From a virus: a DNA stretch of 64,000 nucleotides. Below, one piece after another: positions 46,099 through 53,836 of the stretch. Every line of letters starts with the position of its first letter. Within the stretch, counting starts at the first letter, position 1. Location of the stretch: positions 92,520-156,519 of IMG/VR virus record IMGVR_UViG_3300037876_000116. One strand, 5' to 3'. Both the position numbers and the translations under genes were made by a program. Below the pieces are notes generated by a model. The model was given only the letters and a program-made list of their open reading frames with translations, searched no databases and was not told where the DNA came from.

Positions 46099-46448
46099 TG
46101 GGAAGCGCCAAGTATCCACCAGCCCCTTCGGAAGAGGAACGTAAGAAGTTTATGTTCTATGATACGGAGAAGAATCAAATTGACCTTCGTATACGTCTCC
46201 AGTATGATGGGATGAACCAATCCAACTTCTTTCGAGCTATGATTGCAGGATACTTGGAAAAAAATGAACACATTATGGAATACATTTCCGATTATAAAGA
46301 AAGGTATATTGTCCATAATAAAAAGAAACGCAAAGAAACAGCAAAACTGCTCGAAAAAGGCAGAGAGCTAGAAAAAGATTTTGCATTAGACGAGGATGAC
46401 ATTGAAAACATCTTCGATATTTTAGAAAAGGAGCACCCAGATTTATGA
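46098..46448 (+). CDS. Hypothetical protein, possible DNA-binding
   Basis: 116 aa, GTG start; LQYDGMNQSNFFRAMI ribbon-helix-helix-like segment. Confidence 0.5.
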   Translation: MGSAKYPPAPSEEERKKFMFYDTEKNQIDLRIRLQYDGMNQSNFFRAMIAGYLEKNEHIMEYISDYKERYIVHNKKKRKETAKLLEKGRELEKDFALDEDDIENIFDILEKEHPDL

Positions 46449-46753
46449 AAAAGAAATGCTTTCAAATGTGCGTCGATGAAGAGATTACATGCCCAGTAAA
46501 AGATTGCAGGTTTTGGATAAACTATAAGCAGGATTTAAACTGTACGATTGTGTGCGCTAACCAAAATGGACCTTTATCTTTACGAGAGGTATCAGACAGA
46601 ATGGGCGTTAGTTTTGTGAGGATTAAACAAATACAAGATGTCACTGTAGACAAGTTTGTAAAAAGGCTCGCGAGGGATGGCGTCAAGGAGACAGATGTAA
46701 CGGCGGTTTTAGCTTCTCTCAAGAGTGGCGAAGAAGACCATTCATTGATGTAA
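46445..46753 (+). CDS. Sigma70 region-4-like HTH protein with Cys-rich N-terminus
   Basis: GPLSLREVSDRMGVSFVRIKQIQ; five Cys upstream. Confidence 0.65.
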   Translation: MKKKCFQMCVDEEITCPVKDCRFWINYKQDLNCTIVCANQNGPLSLREVSDRMGVSFVRIKQIQDVTVDKFVKRLARDGVKETDVTAVLASLKSGEEDHSLM

Positions 46754-46780
46754 TAAAAAATGCTTTTCCATTTATTCCAG

Positions 46781-46788
46781 ACTATTTA
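46781..46788 (+). promoter_or_regulatory. Putative late motif ACTATTTA
   Basis: Recurrent motif. Confidence 0.55.
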
Positions 46789-46830
46789 ATAGAGACAAAT
46801 GCTGTTTTTCACTTCAAGGAGTCACACAAA

Positions 46831-47538
46831 ATGAGCGACAAGAAAATGTTAAATGAAGCGGCTATACGCAAGATGATGAAGCTTGCCAACATCCCTTCCC
46901 TCACAGATAAATTTATTAAAGAAAACTATTTCGACTACCCTCCAGTAACCGAAGAAGAGCATGAAGAACTTGACGTTGAACTTGACGCCGAAGCTCCTAT
47001 GGACGACGCTCCGATGGAAGAGCCAGAGATGGAACTCGATGCCGAATTAGACATCGAAGAGCCTGCTGGCGACGATCTTCCGGCGGCTGAAGATCTTGTT
47101 CAAGATCTTATGGGTGTCCTTGAAAAGCATTTTGATGAAGTCGATTTTAATGTTGAAGTTGAAGGTGATGACGAACCTATGGACGAACCTATGGACGAAC
47201 CTATGGACGAACCTATGGACGAACCTATGGACGAACCTATGGACGAACCAGCGATGGACGCGGAGCCAGAAATGGACCTCGACGTAGATGTCGATGAAGA
47301 AGAGCCCATGATGGAAACTGGTCTTGATGAAGAAGAAAGCTTCGGCACAGGCATCGCAGATGCTGCCGGTGAAGAAAGTGAAGTAGAAGCGGACAAAGCT
47401 TTCATGGAAGAAGAAACACTCGAAGAAGAAGAACTAGAAGAAATGGAAGATGACGGCGCTCATAGTGCCCTCATCGACGCCATTGCAGCCAAGGTTGCTG
47501 AACGTCTTCTTGCCGAGGCAAAGAAAACAAACAAATAA
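46831..47538 (+). CDS. Highly acidic protein (scaffold/prohead-core-like)
   Basis: 235 aa, D/E/P/M-rich; MLNEAAIRKMMKLA; C-terminal AAKVAERLLAEAKK. Confidence 0.6.
   Translation: MSDKKMLNEAAIRKMMKLANIPSLTDKFIKENYFDYPPVTEEEHEELDVELDAEAPMDDAPMEEPEMELDAELDIEEPAGDDLPAAEDLVQDLMGVLEKHFDEVDFNVEVEGDDEPMDEPMDEPMDEPMDEPMDEPMDEPAMDAEPEMDLDVDVDEEEPMMETGLDEEESFGTGIADAAGEESEVEADKAFMEEETLEEEELEEMEDDGAHSALIDAIAAKVAERLLAEAKKTNK
47170..47250 (+). repeat. 12-nt tandem repeat (GACGAACCTATG) x6 plus a partial copy, encoding (DEPM)6
   Basis: Direct reading of the sequence. Confidence 0.95.
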
Positions 47539-47569
47539 TTTAATAATAAAAAAGTTTGTTAAACAAGTT

Positions 47570-47600
47570 AAGCCGGGAAAAATCCCGGCTTTCTTTTTTT
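47570..47600 (+). terminator. Rho-independent terminator
   Basis: AAGCCGGGA-AAAA-TCCCGGCTT followed by a T-run. Confidence 0.9.
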
Positions 47601-47642
47601 AATTTGGTGTTTATAATATAGGCAAAGTTTTATGGAGGATCT

Positions 47643-48020
47643 ATGGATTTTTGGACAGCCTTATTTTTATTTCTAGCAGGCGTCTTTTCACACCAGCTTG
47701 GAAGTTATCTTTTTATGGAAACAAAAAAGATTTTGTTTTTCAATGATGTTGCTTTTGGAAGTTTAAGAATCTTTAAGTTTGTTGTTGAAGCCGCCGAGAT
47801 GATGCATAAACTTAAGTACGACGAAATGGAAAAGAATAAAATCTCTGAAGACGAGATAGAAAAAGAAAAGGACAATGATAGAAAAATGCTTGGTGTTTGG
47901 AAAGAGGTGGCTATAACAGGCATTAGGCAGATGTTGCCGCCAAAGATCCAACCATTGTTAAGATTTAGCACCTGGGAAGAGGCGATGAGACTACTTAATA
48001 ATAGAGACAAAAAGGAATAG
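47643..48020 (+). CDS. Hypothetical protein with an N-terminal membrane anchor
   Basis: 125 aa, SD GGAGG. Confidence 0.65.
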   Translation: MDFWTALFLFLAGVFSHQLGSYLFMETKKILFFNDVAFGSLRIFKFVVEAAEMMHKLKYDEMEKNKISEDEIEKEKDNDRKMLGVWKEVAITGIRQMLPPKIQPLLRFSTWEEAMRLLNNRDKKE

Positions 48021-48024
48021 TGTT

Positions 48025-48741
48025 ATGCCCTCCCTAACCCCTGAAAAACCAAAAAAGACAAGAAAGAAAAAATCTAAACAAAAAGAGGTACAAGAAGACG
48101 CTCCTGGAGAAGAGCTTCCAGGTATTCCCGATTTTCCGATTATCTTTAACATGGATTCGGCTGGTTCTAGCCCCAAAGAAGAAATTAGAACCATTGGCTT
48201 ATATGGAACAATCAAGGAAGAAGTGTGCGCAGAAATTGTATACTCTCTTATAATACTTGATAAAACGGCTAAAACGATTATTCCACCACCACTTGATGAT
48301 CCAGAAGGACCAGACGAAGAAATTAATTTACCTATTGAATTAATTATCTCATCTTATGGTGGCTCTGCTGCTGACATGTTCTCTGTCTATGACACAATGA
48401 GAGATGTAAGGCAGCGTTGCGATATTGAAACACAAGGTCTTGGAAAGATAATGTCCGCAGCGGTTCTTCTTCTAGCAGCAGGGACTAAAGGAAAACGTAA
48501 GATTGGTAAACACTGTCGTGTCATGATCCACGGCGTTATCTCAGGTCAACACGGACACATTTCAGATCTTGAAAACGAAATGGAAGAAGCCAAATGGACA
48601 CAAGGGCAATATGTAAGGGCGCTTGCTTCTGAAACAAATATGACTGAAAAGTATATCAAAAAACTAATCGATAAGAAAGTGAACATTTATCTAGACGCAG
48701 AAGATGCAGTAGATTTAGGGATTGCTGACATTATCGTATGA
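48025..48741 (+). CDS. clpP: ClpP-like protease subunit
   Basis: ISSYGGS, IMSAAV (Ser), MIHG (His), YLDAEDAVDLGIAD. Confidence 0.85.
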   Translation: MPSLTPEKPKKTRKKKSKQKEVQEDAPGEELPGIPDFPIIFNMDSAGSSPKEEIRTIGLYGTIKEEVCAEIVYSLIILDKTAKTIIPPPLDDPEGPDEEINLPIELIISSYGGSAADMFSVYDTMRDVRQRCDIETQGLGKIMSAAVLLLAAGTKGKRKIGKHCRVMIHGVISGQHGHISDLENEMEEAKWTQGQYVRALASETNMTEKYIKKLIDKKVNIYLDAEDAVDLGIADIIV

Positions 48742-49631
48742 GGTGTATTATGAGTTGGCGAAAGAATTTTTATAACAAACGCTCTGCTAAAAAGCTAGGA
48801 TGGCAACCTTCTTGGTTTGGCACAACAGGCTTTAACACAGAACTAATCGCGAAGATCATGGCTTTTCAAGAAGACCATGACCTCGAAGCAGATGGTATGT
48901 GTGGAGACATGACTTACCGCCGCAAGATTGCTACGCGACAAATGCTTGTCCTTAGCGATGAGGAGGTAGATAGTGTTGACAACGAGAACTTTATTTACTG
49001 CGACGGATTTAAAAAAAGGATTATTTGGGATAAAGTCAAGACTTCTTGGCTTCCAAACCACTGCTACAAAACCTACACAAAATACAGGAAACCTACGATG
49101 GTTGTAACCCATTGGGATGCTGCCCTCTCGGCGTCCTCTTGCAAACGTATCTTAGAGAAGAAAAAAATCTCTACACACTTTGTCATCGACAACGACGGAA
49201 CAATTCTCCAGCTTGTTGATACAAACCACGCTGCTTGGCATGCAGGTATTAGAAAAGTAAACAATGCTTCTATTGGTATTGATTTTTCTAATGCTGTTTA
49301 CCTCAAATACAATCTTACCTACCAGCGAAGAGGTCACGGATTGCGCCCAATCATTGAGGATTGGCGCGTACACGGACGCAAGATTAAGCCCTTCCTTGGG
49401 TATTACCCTGTACAGATAGAAGCCTACAAGGCACTATTAACCGCCCTTCATGAGCATTATGATATAAAGCTAGAGTGCCCTCTTACAGAAAACGGCAATC
49501 TTGTGCAGGGAGTTGACTCTGCCGCAAGAGGTGGTAAGTTTGAAGGAATTGTAAATCACTACAATCTAACAACAAAGAAGTGGGATTGCTCAGGCTTGCA
49601 ACTTGATGAAATCTTAAAAGAAATCACTTGA
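48738..49631 (+). CDS. Modular endolysin: PG-binding domain plus N-acetylmuramoyl-L-alanine amidase
   Basis: AFQEDHDLEADGMCG; VTHWDA, STHFVID.DGTI.QLVD, AWHAG, SIGID; start 48738 or 48750. Confidence 0.85.
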   Translation: MRCIMSWRKNFYNKRSAKKLGWQPSWFGTTGFNTELIAKIMAFQEDHDLEADGMCGDMTYRRKIATRQMLVLSDEEVDSVDNENFIYCDGFKKRIIWDKVKTSWLPNHCYKTYTKYRKPTMVVTHWDAALSASSCKRILEKKKISTHFVIDNDGTILQLVDTNHAAWHAGIRKVNNASIGIDFSNAVYLKYNLTYQRRGHGLRPIIEDWRVHGRKIKPFLGYYPVQIEAYKALLTALHEHYDIKLECPLTENGNLVQGVDSAARGGKFEGIVNHYNLTTKKWDCSGLQLDEILKEIT

Positions 49632-49655
49632 AATCTTTTACAATGTGTTTATAAT
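49628..49655 (+). promoter_or_regulatory. Promoter TTGAAA-16-TATAAT
   Basis: Recurrent promoter architecture. Confidence 0.7.
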
Positions 49656-49679
49656 ATAGATTAACACAACGAGGTATAA

Positions 49680-51251
49680 ATGTCTAAACACTACCAGTCC
49701 GGTACAGGGCTAAATGAAAAGATCCTTAATGGGATCAACAAGCTTGCTGATAATGTAGCAAGCACACTTGGTCCAAAAGGACGAAATGTTATTTTACACA
49801 AAAAGGGTGGGTCACCCATTGTCACAAAAGACGGTGTAACTGTTGCCAGGTTTGTTGAGTTCGACGATCCATTTGAGAACGTCGGCGCACAAATTATCAA
49901 ACAAGCGGCGCAGAACACCAACACAAACGCTGGAGACGGGACAACGACTTCGACAGTGCTGGCGAGAGAGATTCTTGTCCAGGCGCAGAAGTATTTAGCC
50001 ACTGGTGTATCGCCAGTTGAGTTGAAGAGAGGTATGGATAAGGCTGTGACCGAGATTGTTAAAAATCTTGAGGAGCTTTCCATTCCCGTCTCCAGCCTCC
50101 AAGATATTAAGCACATTGCTACTATCTCGGCTAATGGCGATGAAACCATAGGCGACCTCGTTGCAACTGCTATTGACTTGGTAGGTAAAGACGGCTCGAT
50201 AACTATCGAAGAAAGCAAATCCCTCACAACGACGTTAGACACCGTAGAAGGTTTTCGTTTTGATTCAGGTTACTTCTCCAAGTCTTTTGTAACGGACGAG
50301 CGTAGAGGCGCAGTGGTTTATGATGATCCACATATCTTGGTTACAGACCATCGCATCGAACAACTAGAAGGAATTTTGCCTATCCTTGAGGTAGTAGCAA
50401 GGGAAAATAAGCCTCTGATCATTGTCGCTGAAGAAGTTGAAGGTCAAGCCCTAGCTGCTCTTATTATGAATACTGTGCGGGGTTCTATGAAAATCGCTGC
50501 TGTTAAGGCTCCTCGTTACGGAGAAGAGCGTAGGGGCATCCTTCAGGACCTTTGTATCTCCATAGGCGCGACTTTTATTTCTCGTTCAGGAGCACTCAGT
50601 CTTTCAGAAACAAAGCTGGAACATCTTGGTCGAGCGAAGAAGATCGATGTAATAAAAAATAATACTACTATTATTGATGGAGAATCTGATTGGGATGAAG
50701 TAGAAAAACGCATTGCTTCTCTGAAAGAAGAAATCACTCAGACAGAAGACATTCATGAATGCGAACGCATCCAAGAGCGTATCACTCGTCTTGCATCAGG
50801 CGTAGCCATTATCAAAATCGGTGGCGCAACCGAGATTGAGATGATGGAGAAAAAGCATCGTGTTGAAGACGCACTCGAAGCAGTTCGGTCTGCTCAACAG
50901 GAAGGGACTGTTACAGGCGGCGGCACAGCCCTTGTCCGCGCCGCACATAAGTTAAAGGTAACAACCGACAATAACGAACAAGCCATAGGGGTGGAGATTA
51001 TTAAACAGTCTCTAACAGGACCAATCAAACAAATGGCTTTAAACGCGGGGGAGTCGCCAGATTTAATCATCGACAGGATTCTTAAGACTAAGAACGTAAG
51101 ACAAGGCTGGGACTTTTCCACAGGCAAGATGGTTGACATGTACGAAGCAGGCATTATAGATCCTAAGAAAGTTACGAGAAACGCGATTGAAAATGCCACT
51201 TCAGTGTCTTCCACCCTACTTACAACGAGTTGTGCCATAGTGGAGGAATAA
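49680..51251 (+). CDS. groEL: Group I chaperonin GroEL
   Basis: TLGPKGRNV, TKDGVTVA, AGDGTTTSTVL, GIIDPKKV; no GGM tail. Confidence 0.96.
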   Translation: MSKHYQSGTGLNEKILNGINKLADNVASTLGPKGRNVILHKKGGSPIVTKDGVTVARFVEFDDPFENVGAQIIKQAAQNTNTNAGDGTTTSTVLAREILVQAQKYLATGVSPVELKRGMDKAVTEIVKNLEELSIPVSSLQDIKHIATISANGDETIGDLVATAIDLVGKDGSITIEESKSLTTTLDTVEGFRFDSGYFSKSFVTDERRGAVVYDDPHILVTDHRIEQLEGILPILEVVARENKPLIIVAEEVEGQALAALIMNTVRGSMKIAAVKAPRYGEERRGILQDLCISIGATFISRSGALSLSETKLEHLGRAKKIDVIKNNTTIIDGESDWDEVEKRIASLKEEITQTEDIHECERIQERITRLASGVAIIKIGGATEIEMMEKKHRVEDALEAVRSAQQEGTVTGGGTALVRAAHKLKVTTDNNEQAIGVEIIKQSLTGPIKQMALNAGESPDLIIDRILKTKNVRQGWDFSTGKMVDMYEAGIIDPKKVTRNAIENATSVSSTLLTTSCAIVEE

Positions 51252-51253
51252 AA

Positions 51254-51529
51254 ATGGAAGACCACCAGAAAAAATTAGTTGAGCTAGAACAAAAGTTTTT
51301 GCTTTTCGAACAAAAACTTTTGAGTGGTATTGACAGTATTCAGGATAATCAAAAAGAAGCGGTGGTAGCTATTGTTCAAATGAAAGAAGCTATCTTCGAT
51401 CCTGATAAAGGCTTGTTTGCTCGCGTCAAAGAAGTAGAAAACTGGAAACAAACATCCAGTAAGCTTCTTTGGATTATCACAACCTCTACGGTTGGTTTAG
51501 TTGTAGCACAACTATTTAAAATAATGTAA
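51254..51529 (+). CDS. Coiled-coil protein with a C-terminal TM helix (holin/XhlA-like candidate)
   Basis: ATG at 51254; LLWIITTSTVGLVVAQLF. Confidence 0.45.
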   Translation: MEDHQKKLVELEQKFLLFEQKLLSGIDSIQDNQKEAVVAIVQMKEAIFDPDKGLFARVKEVENWKQTSSKLLWIITTSTVGLVVAQLFKIM

Positions 51530-51538
51530 GGAAATGAA

Positions 51539-51862
51539 ATGAGAACAAAGATAGAATACTCAGTTGATTTAAAAAACGTCCCAAGAGAAGTGAAAGAAAA
51601 GCTATTAGAAATATCTGATAGCTTAGATGCACTCAGCAAATACTCATTTGCCCTATCGGAAGATCTAGAACTAGATTCTCTTGGTCCCATCTTAAGAAGA
51701 GCCGACAGTTTGAGAAAAAAACTATTTCAAGTTGACAGCTCTTTGGAAGACTGCATGCGCGCTCTTGCGAACTACGGCGATACAATAACTCAGCTTCAAC
51801 AAGAACAAGCAGCACAACAAGCTCCTCCTGCTCCTCCAGAAGAAGCGGGGGATGATGCTTGA
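51539..51862 (+). CDS. Hypothetical coiled-coil protein
   Basis: 107-aa ORF with SD. Confidence 0.6.
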   Translation: MRTKIEYSVDLKNVPREVKEKLLEISDSLDALSKYSFALSEDLELDSLGPILRRADSLRKKLFQVDSSLEDCMRALANYGDTITQLQQEQAAQQAPPAPPEEAGDDA

Positions 51863-52073
51863 TAAGGTAACAGAAGGCGATTTAGTTTGGGTTCCTTCTA
51901 ATGTAAAAGCCCATGCTAGCTTTGCAAAGTCTCTCATCACAAAAGTACCGAGAAACTTTCTTGTTACTGAAGTTGGGAATAACTTTTTAAACATTCTTAT
52001 AGACGGTCAAGAATGGACCGTTAACAAAAATGATGTCTATCCATCTAGAGGCAATAACGTTGGAGCAAAATAA
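51852..52073 (+). CDS. Hypothetical SH3/KOW-like protein
   Basis: 73 aa; EGDLVWVP. Confidence 0.55.
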   Translation: MMLDKVTEGDLVWVPSNVKAHASFAKSLITKVPRNFLVTEVGNNFLNILIDGQEWTVNKNDVYPSRGNNVGAK

Positions 52074-52416
52074 AAAGTATGTCTTCTCTTTTGAGACCAC
52101 AGAGTTGGAGAGAATCTATGATGAGTGTTGCGGTCAAGCCCGCATTGCCAATGGACTACTAGAACAATACTACGTGGATGCGCATGATGATAAAGAATAC
52201 TTATGCCTTTTATGTGAAACTTATTCCATAAACTGGAAAGTGAAAGAGCAGCTAGAGTATTGGTTTGATGCGATGCCTTTCTCAAATAAAGACGACAAAG
52301 AAATCGTAATGGTAAACCAAGCAGAGGCCATGCTTTTAGAAGCCGCAGTTCTTGCGAAAGATCAGGTTAAAAAAGAACTCTCAAGACATTATAATATTTC
52401 GAGCACTTACAACTAA
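52030..52416 (+). CDS. Hypothetical protein
   Basis: 128-aa ORF; start uncertain. Confidence 0.55.
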   Translation: MMSIHLEAITLEQNKKYVFSFETTELERIYDECCGQARIANGLLEQYYVDAHDDKEYLCLLCETYSINWKVKEQLEYWFDAMPFSNKDDKEIVMVNQAEAMLLEAAVLAKDQVKKELSRHYNISSTYN

Positions 52417-52417
52417 T

Positions 52418-52672
52418 ATGTTTAAAGAATATCTACTCTATACCAAAGTAAACTGCCCTTTTTGCGTCAAAGCTATTGCGACGCTTGTGGATAGAAAAGT
52501 GGACTATAAGGTGCTAACAGCAGATGTATGTCCAACCAAGTTTATTCAATCGCTTAAAGAAGCCTACAGCCATCCGTCTTTTCCTATGGTTTTCGGGGTC
52601 GATAGAGACACAGGAACTTATACTTGGATTGGCGGATGTGATAATCTAATGGAACATTTAGATAAAAGTTAA
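52418..52672 (+). CDS. Glutaredoxin
   Basis: ATG at 52418; CPFC, SFPMVF, WIGGCD. Confidence 0.85.
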   Translation: MFKEYLLYTKVNCPFCVKAIATLVDRKVDYKVLTADVCPTKFIQSLKEAYSHPSFPMVFGVDRDTGTYTWIGGCDNLMEHLDKS

Positions 52673-52785
52673 AAAAATCGATGTAAATAAGACTTTTGAA
52701 ATAAAAAAGCATATTTACTTATGGGCGTGCGAAAACTTTTTCGCACTAAAGCATCGCACCCATCTTTACCATCTTGGAGGTAGGA

Positions 52786-53418
52786 ATGTCGCATACCGTT
52801 AAAGCAAAGTATCTTTCTTTCTTAACAATCTTTACACTCGGCACCTACTTCCTTATCCAAAACATTGTCTCCCACCAGCACGAACTCATTACAGAGCTGG
52901 ATTCAGCAATCCCTTTCATGCCCCAGTTCGTTTGGATTTATCACAGTCTTATTCCTGTGATTGGAGCAACCTTGTTCCTCCTTGTTAATCAAAGGAGAAA
53001 CTTTTTTAATACCTTCTGGGCTTGTATCGGAGCCAGCGTAATCATTCACATGATTTACGTGATTATGCCTTCGTTCTATCCCAGACCAGACATTATTCCC
53101 GATGGATTGTCCGAACAGCTTCTAGCTCTTACTTACGAGATCGACAATGGCAGCAACACCTTCCCCAGTGGACATGTATGCTATGCTTGGATTTTGTATC
53201 TTGGTGTAAGATGTTCAGAGCAGGCGAAAAAAGTATTTGGTTTGCGAAACTTATTTCTTCTTTGGGCAGTTGGAGTTACATTGTCTACCTTAACTCTCAA
53301 AGTTCATTATGTAGTCGATGTCTTTGGTGGCTTGGTCTTGGCTTTCATGGCTTTTTATTCTGTAAGGTATTTATTTAACAAGTTTAATACTTATAGTAAT
53401 GAAGAAAGTAATACTTAA
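52786..53418 (+). CDS. PAP2-superfamily membrane phosphatase/phosphotransferase
   Basis: Multi-TM; YPRP, NTFPSGHV, STLTLKVHYVVDV. Confidence 0.8.
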   Translation: MSHTVKAKYLSFLTIFTLGTYFLIQNIVSHQHELITELDSAIPFMPQFVWIYHSLIPVIGATLFLLVNQRRNFFNTFWACIGASVIIHMIYVIMPSFYPRPDIIPDGLSEQLLALTYEIDNGSNTFPSGHVCYAWILYLGVRCSEQAKKVFGLRNLFLLWAVGVTLSTLTLKVHYVVDVFGGLVLAFMAFYSVRYLFNKFNTYSNEESNT

Positions 53419-53821
53419 CAACGACCTATTATCTCTACCGTGTGAAGACGTCTCTCTTAAGGAGGGAAGCGAAATCGCCACCACCTTAATCGCTTCTCTA
53501 CCGGAGGATGCAGTGGGCATCGCGGCAAATCAAATAGGTATTCAGAAAAGCGTTTGTCTTATCGCAGCGCCACAACCTGTTGTACTCATCAATCCTAAGA
53601 TTGTGAGAGCCCATGGTTCAATAAAGTTTGTGGAAGGATGCTTGTCTTTTCCAGATGATAGCGTGACAACAGAGCGTTTTACTTCTGTTACAGTTATTGC
53701 AGATAATCACGAACAACCTCTTAACTTTAGTGAAGAAAATCTGTTAGAATGTGTCTGCGTTCAACACGAGATTGACCATCTAAATGGCATCACAATGTTT
53801 GATAGGCAATACAAAAAATAG
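53399..53821 (+). CDS. def: Peptide deformylase
   Basis: GIAANQIG, EGCLS, QHEIDHLNG. Confidence 0.93.
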   Translation: MKKVILNNDLLSLPCEDVSLKEGSEIATTLIASLPEDAVGIAANQIGIQKSVCLIAAPQPVVLINPKIVRAHGSIKFVEGCLSFPDDSVTTERFTSVTVIADNHEQPLNFSEENLLECVCVQHEIDHLNGITMFDRQYKK

Positions 53822-53823
53822 AA

Positions 53824-53831
53824 ACTATTTA
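53824..53831 (+). promoter_or_regulatory. Putative late motif ACTATTTA (leaderless position)
   Basis: 5 nt before the ATG at 53837. Confidence 0.55.
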
Positions 53832-53836
53832 TATAG

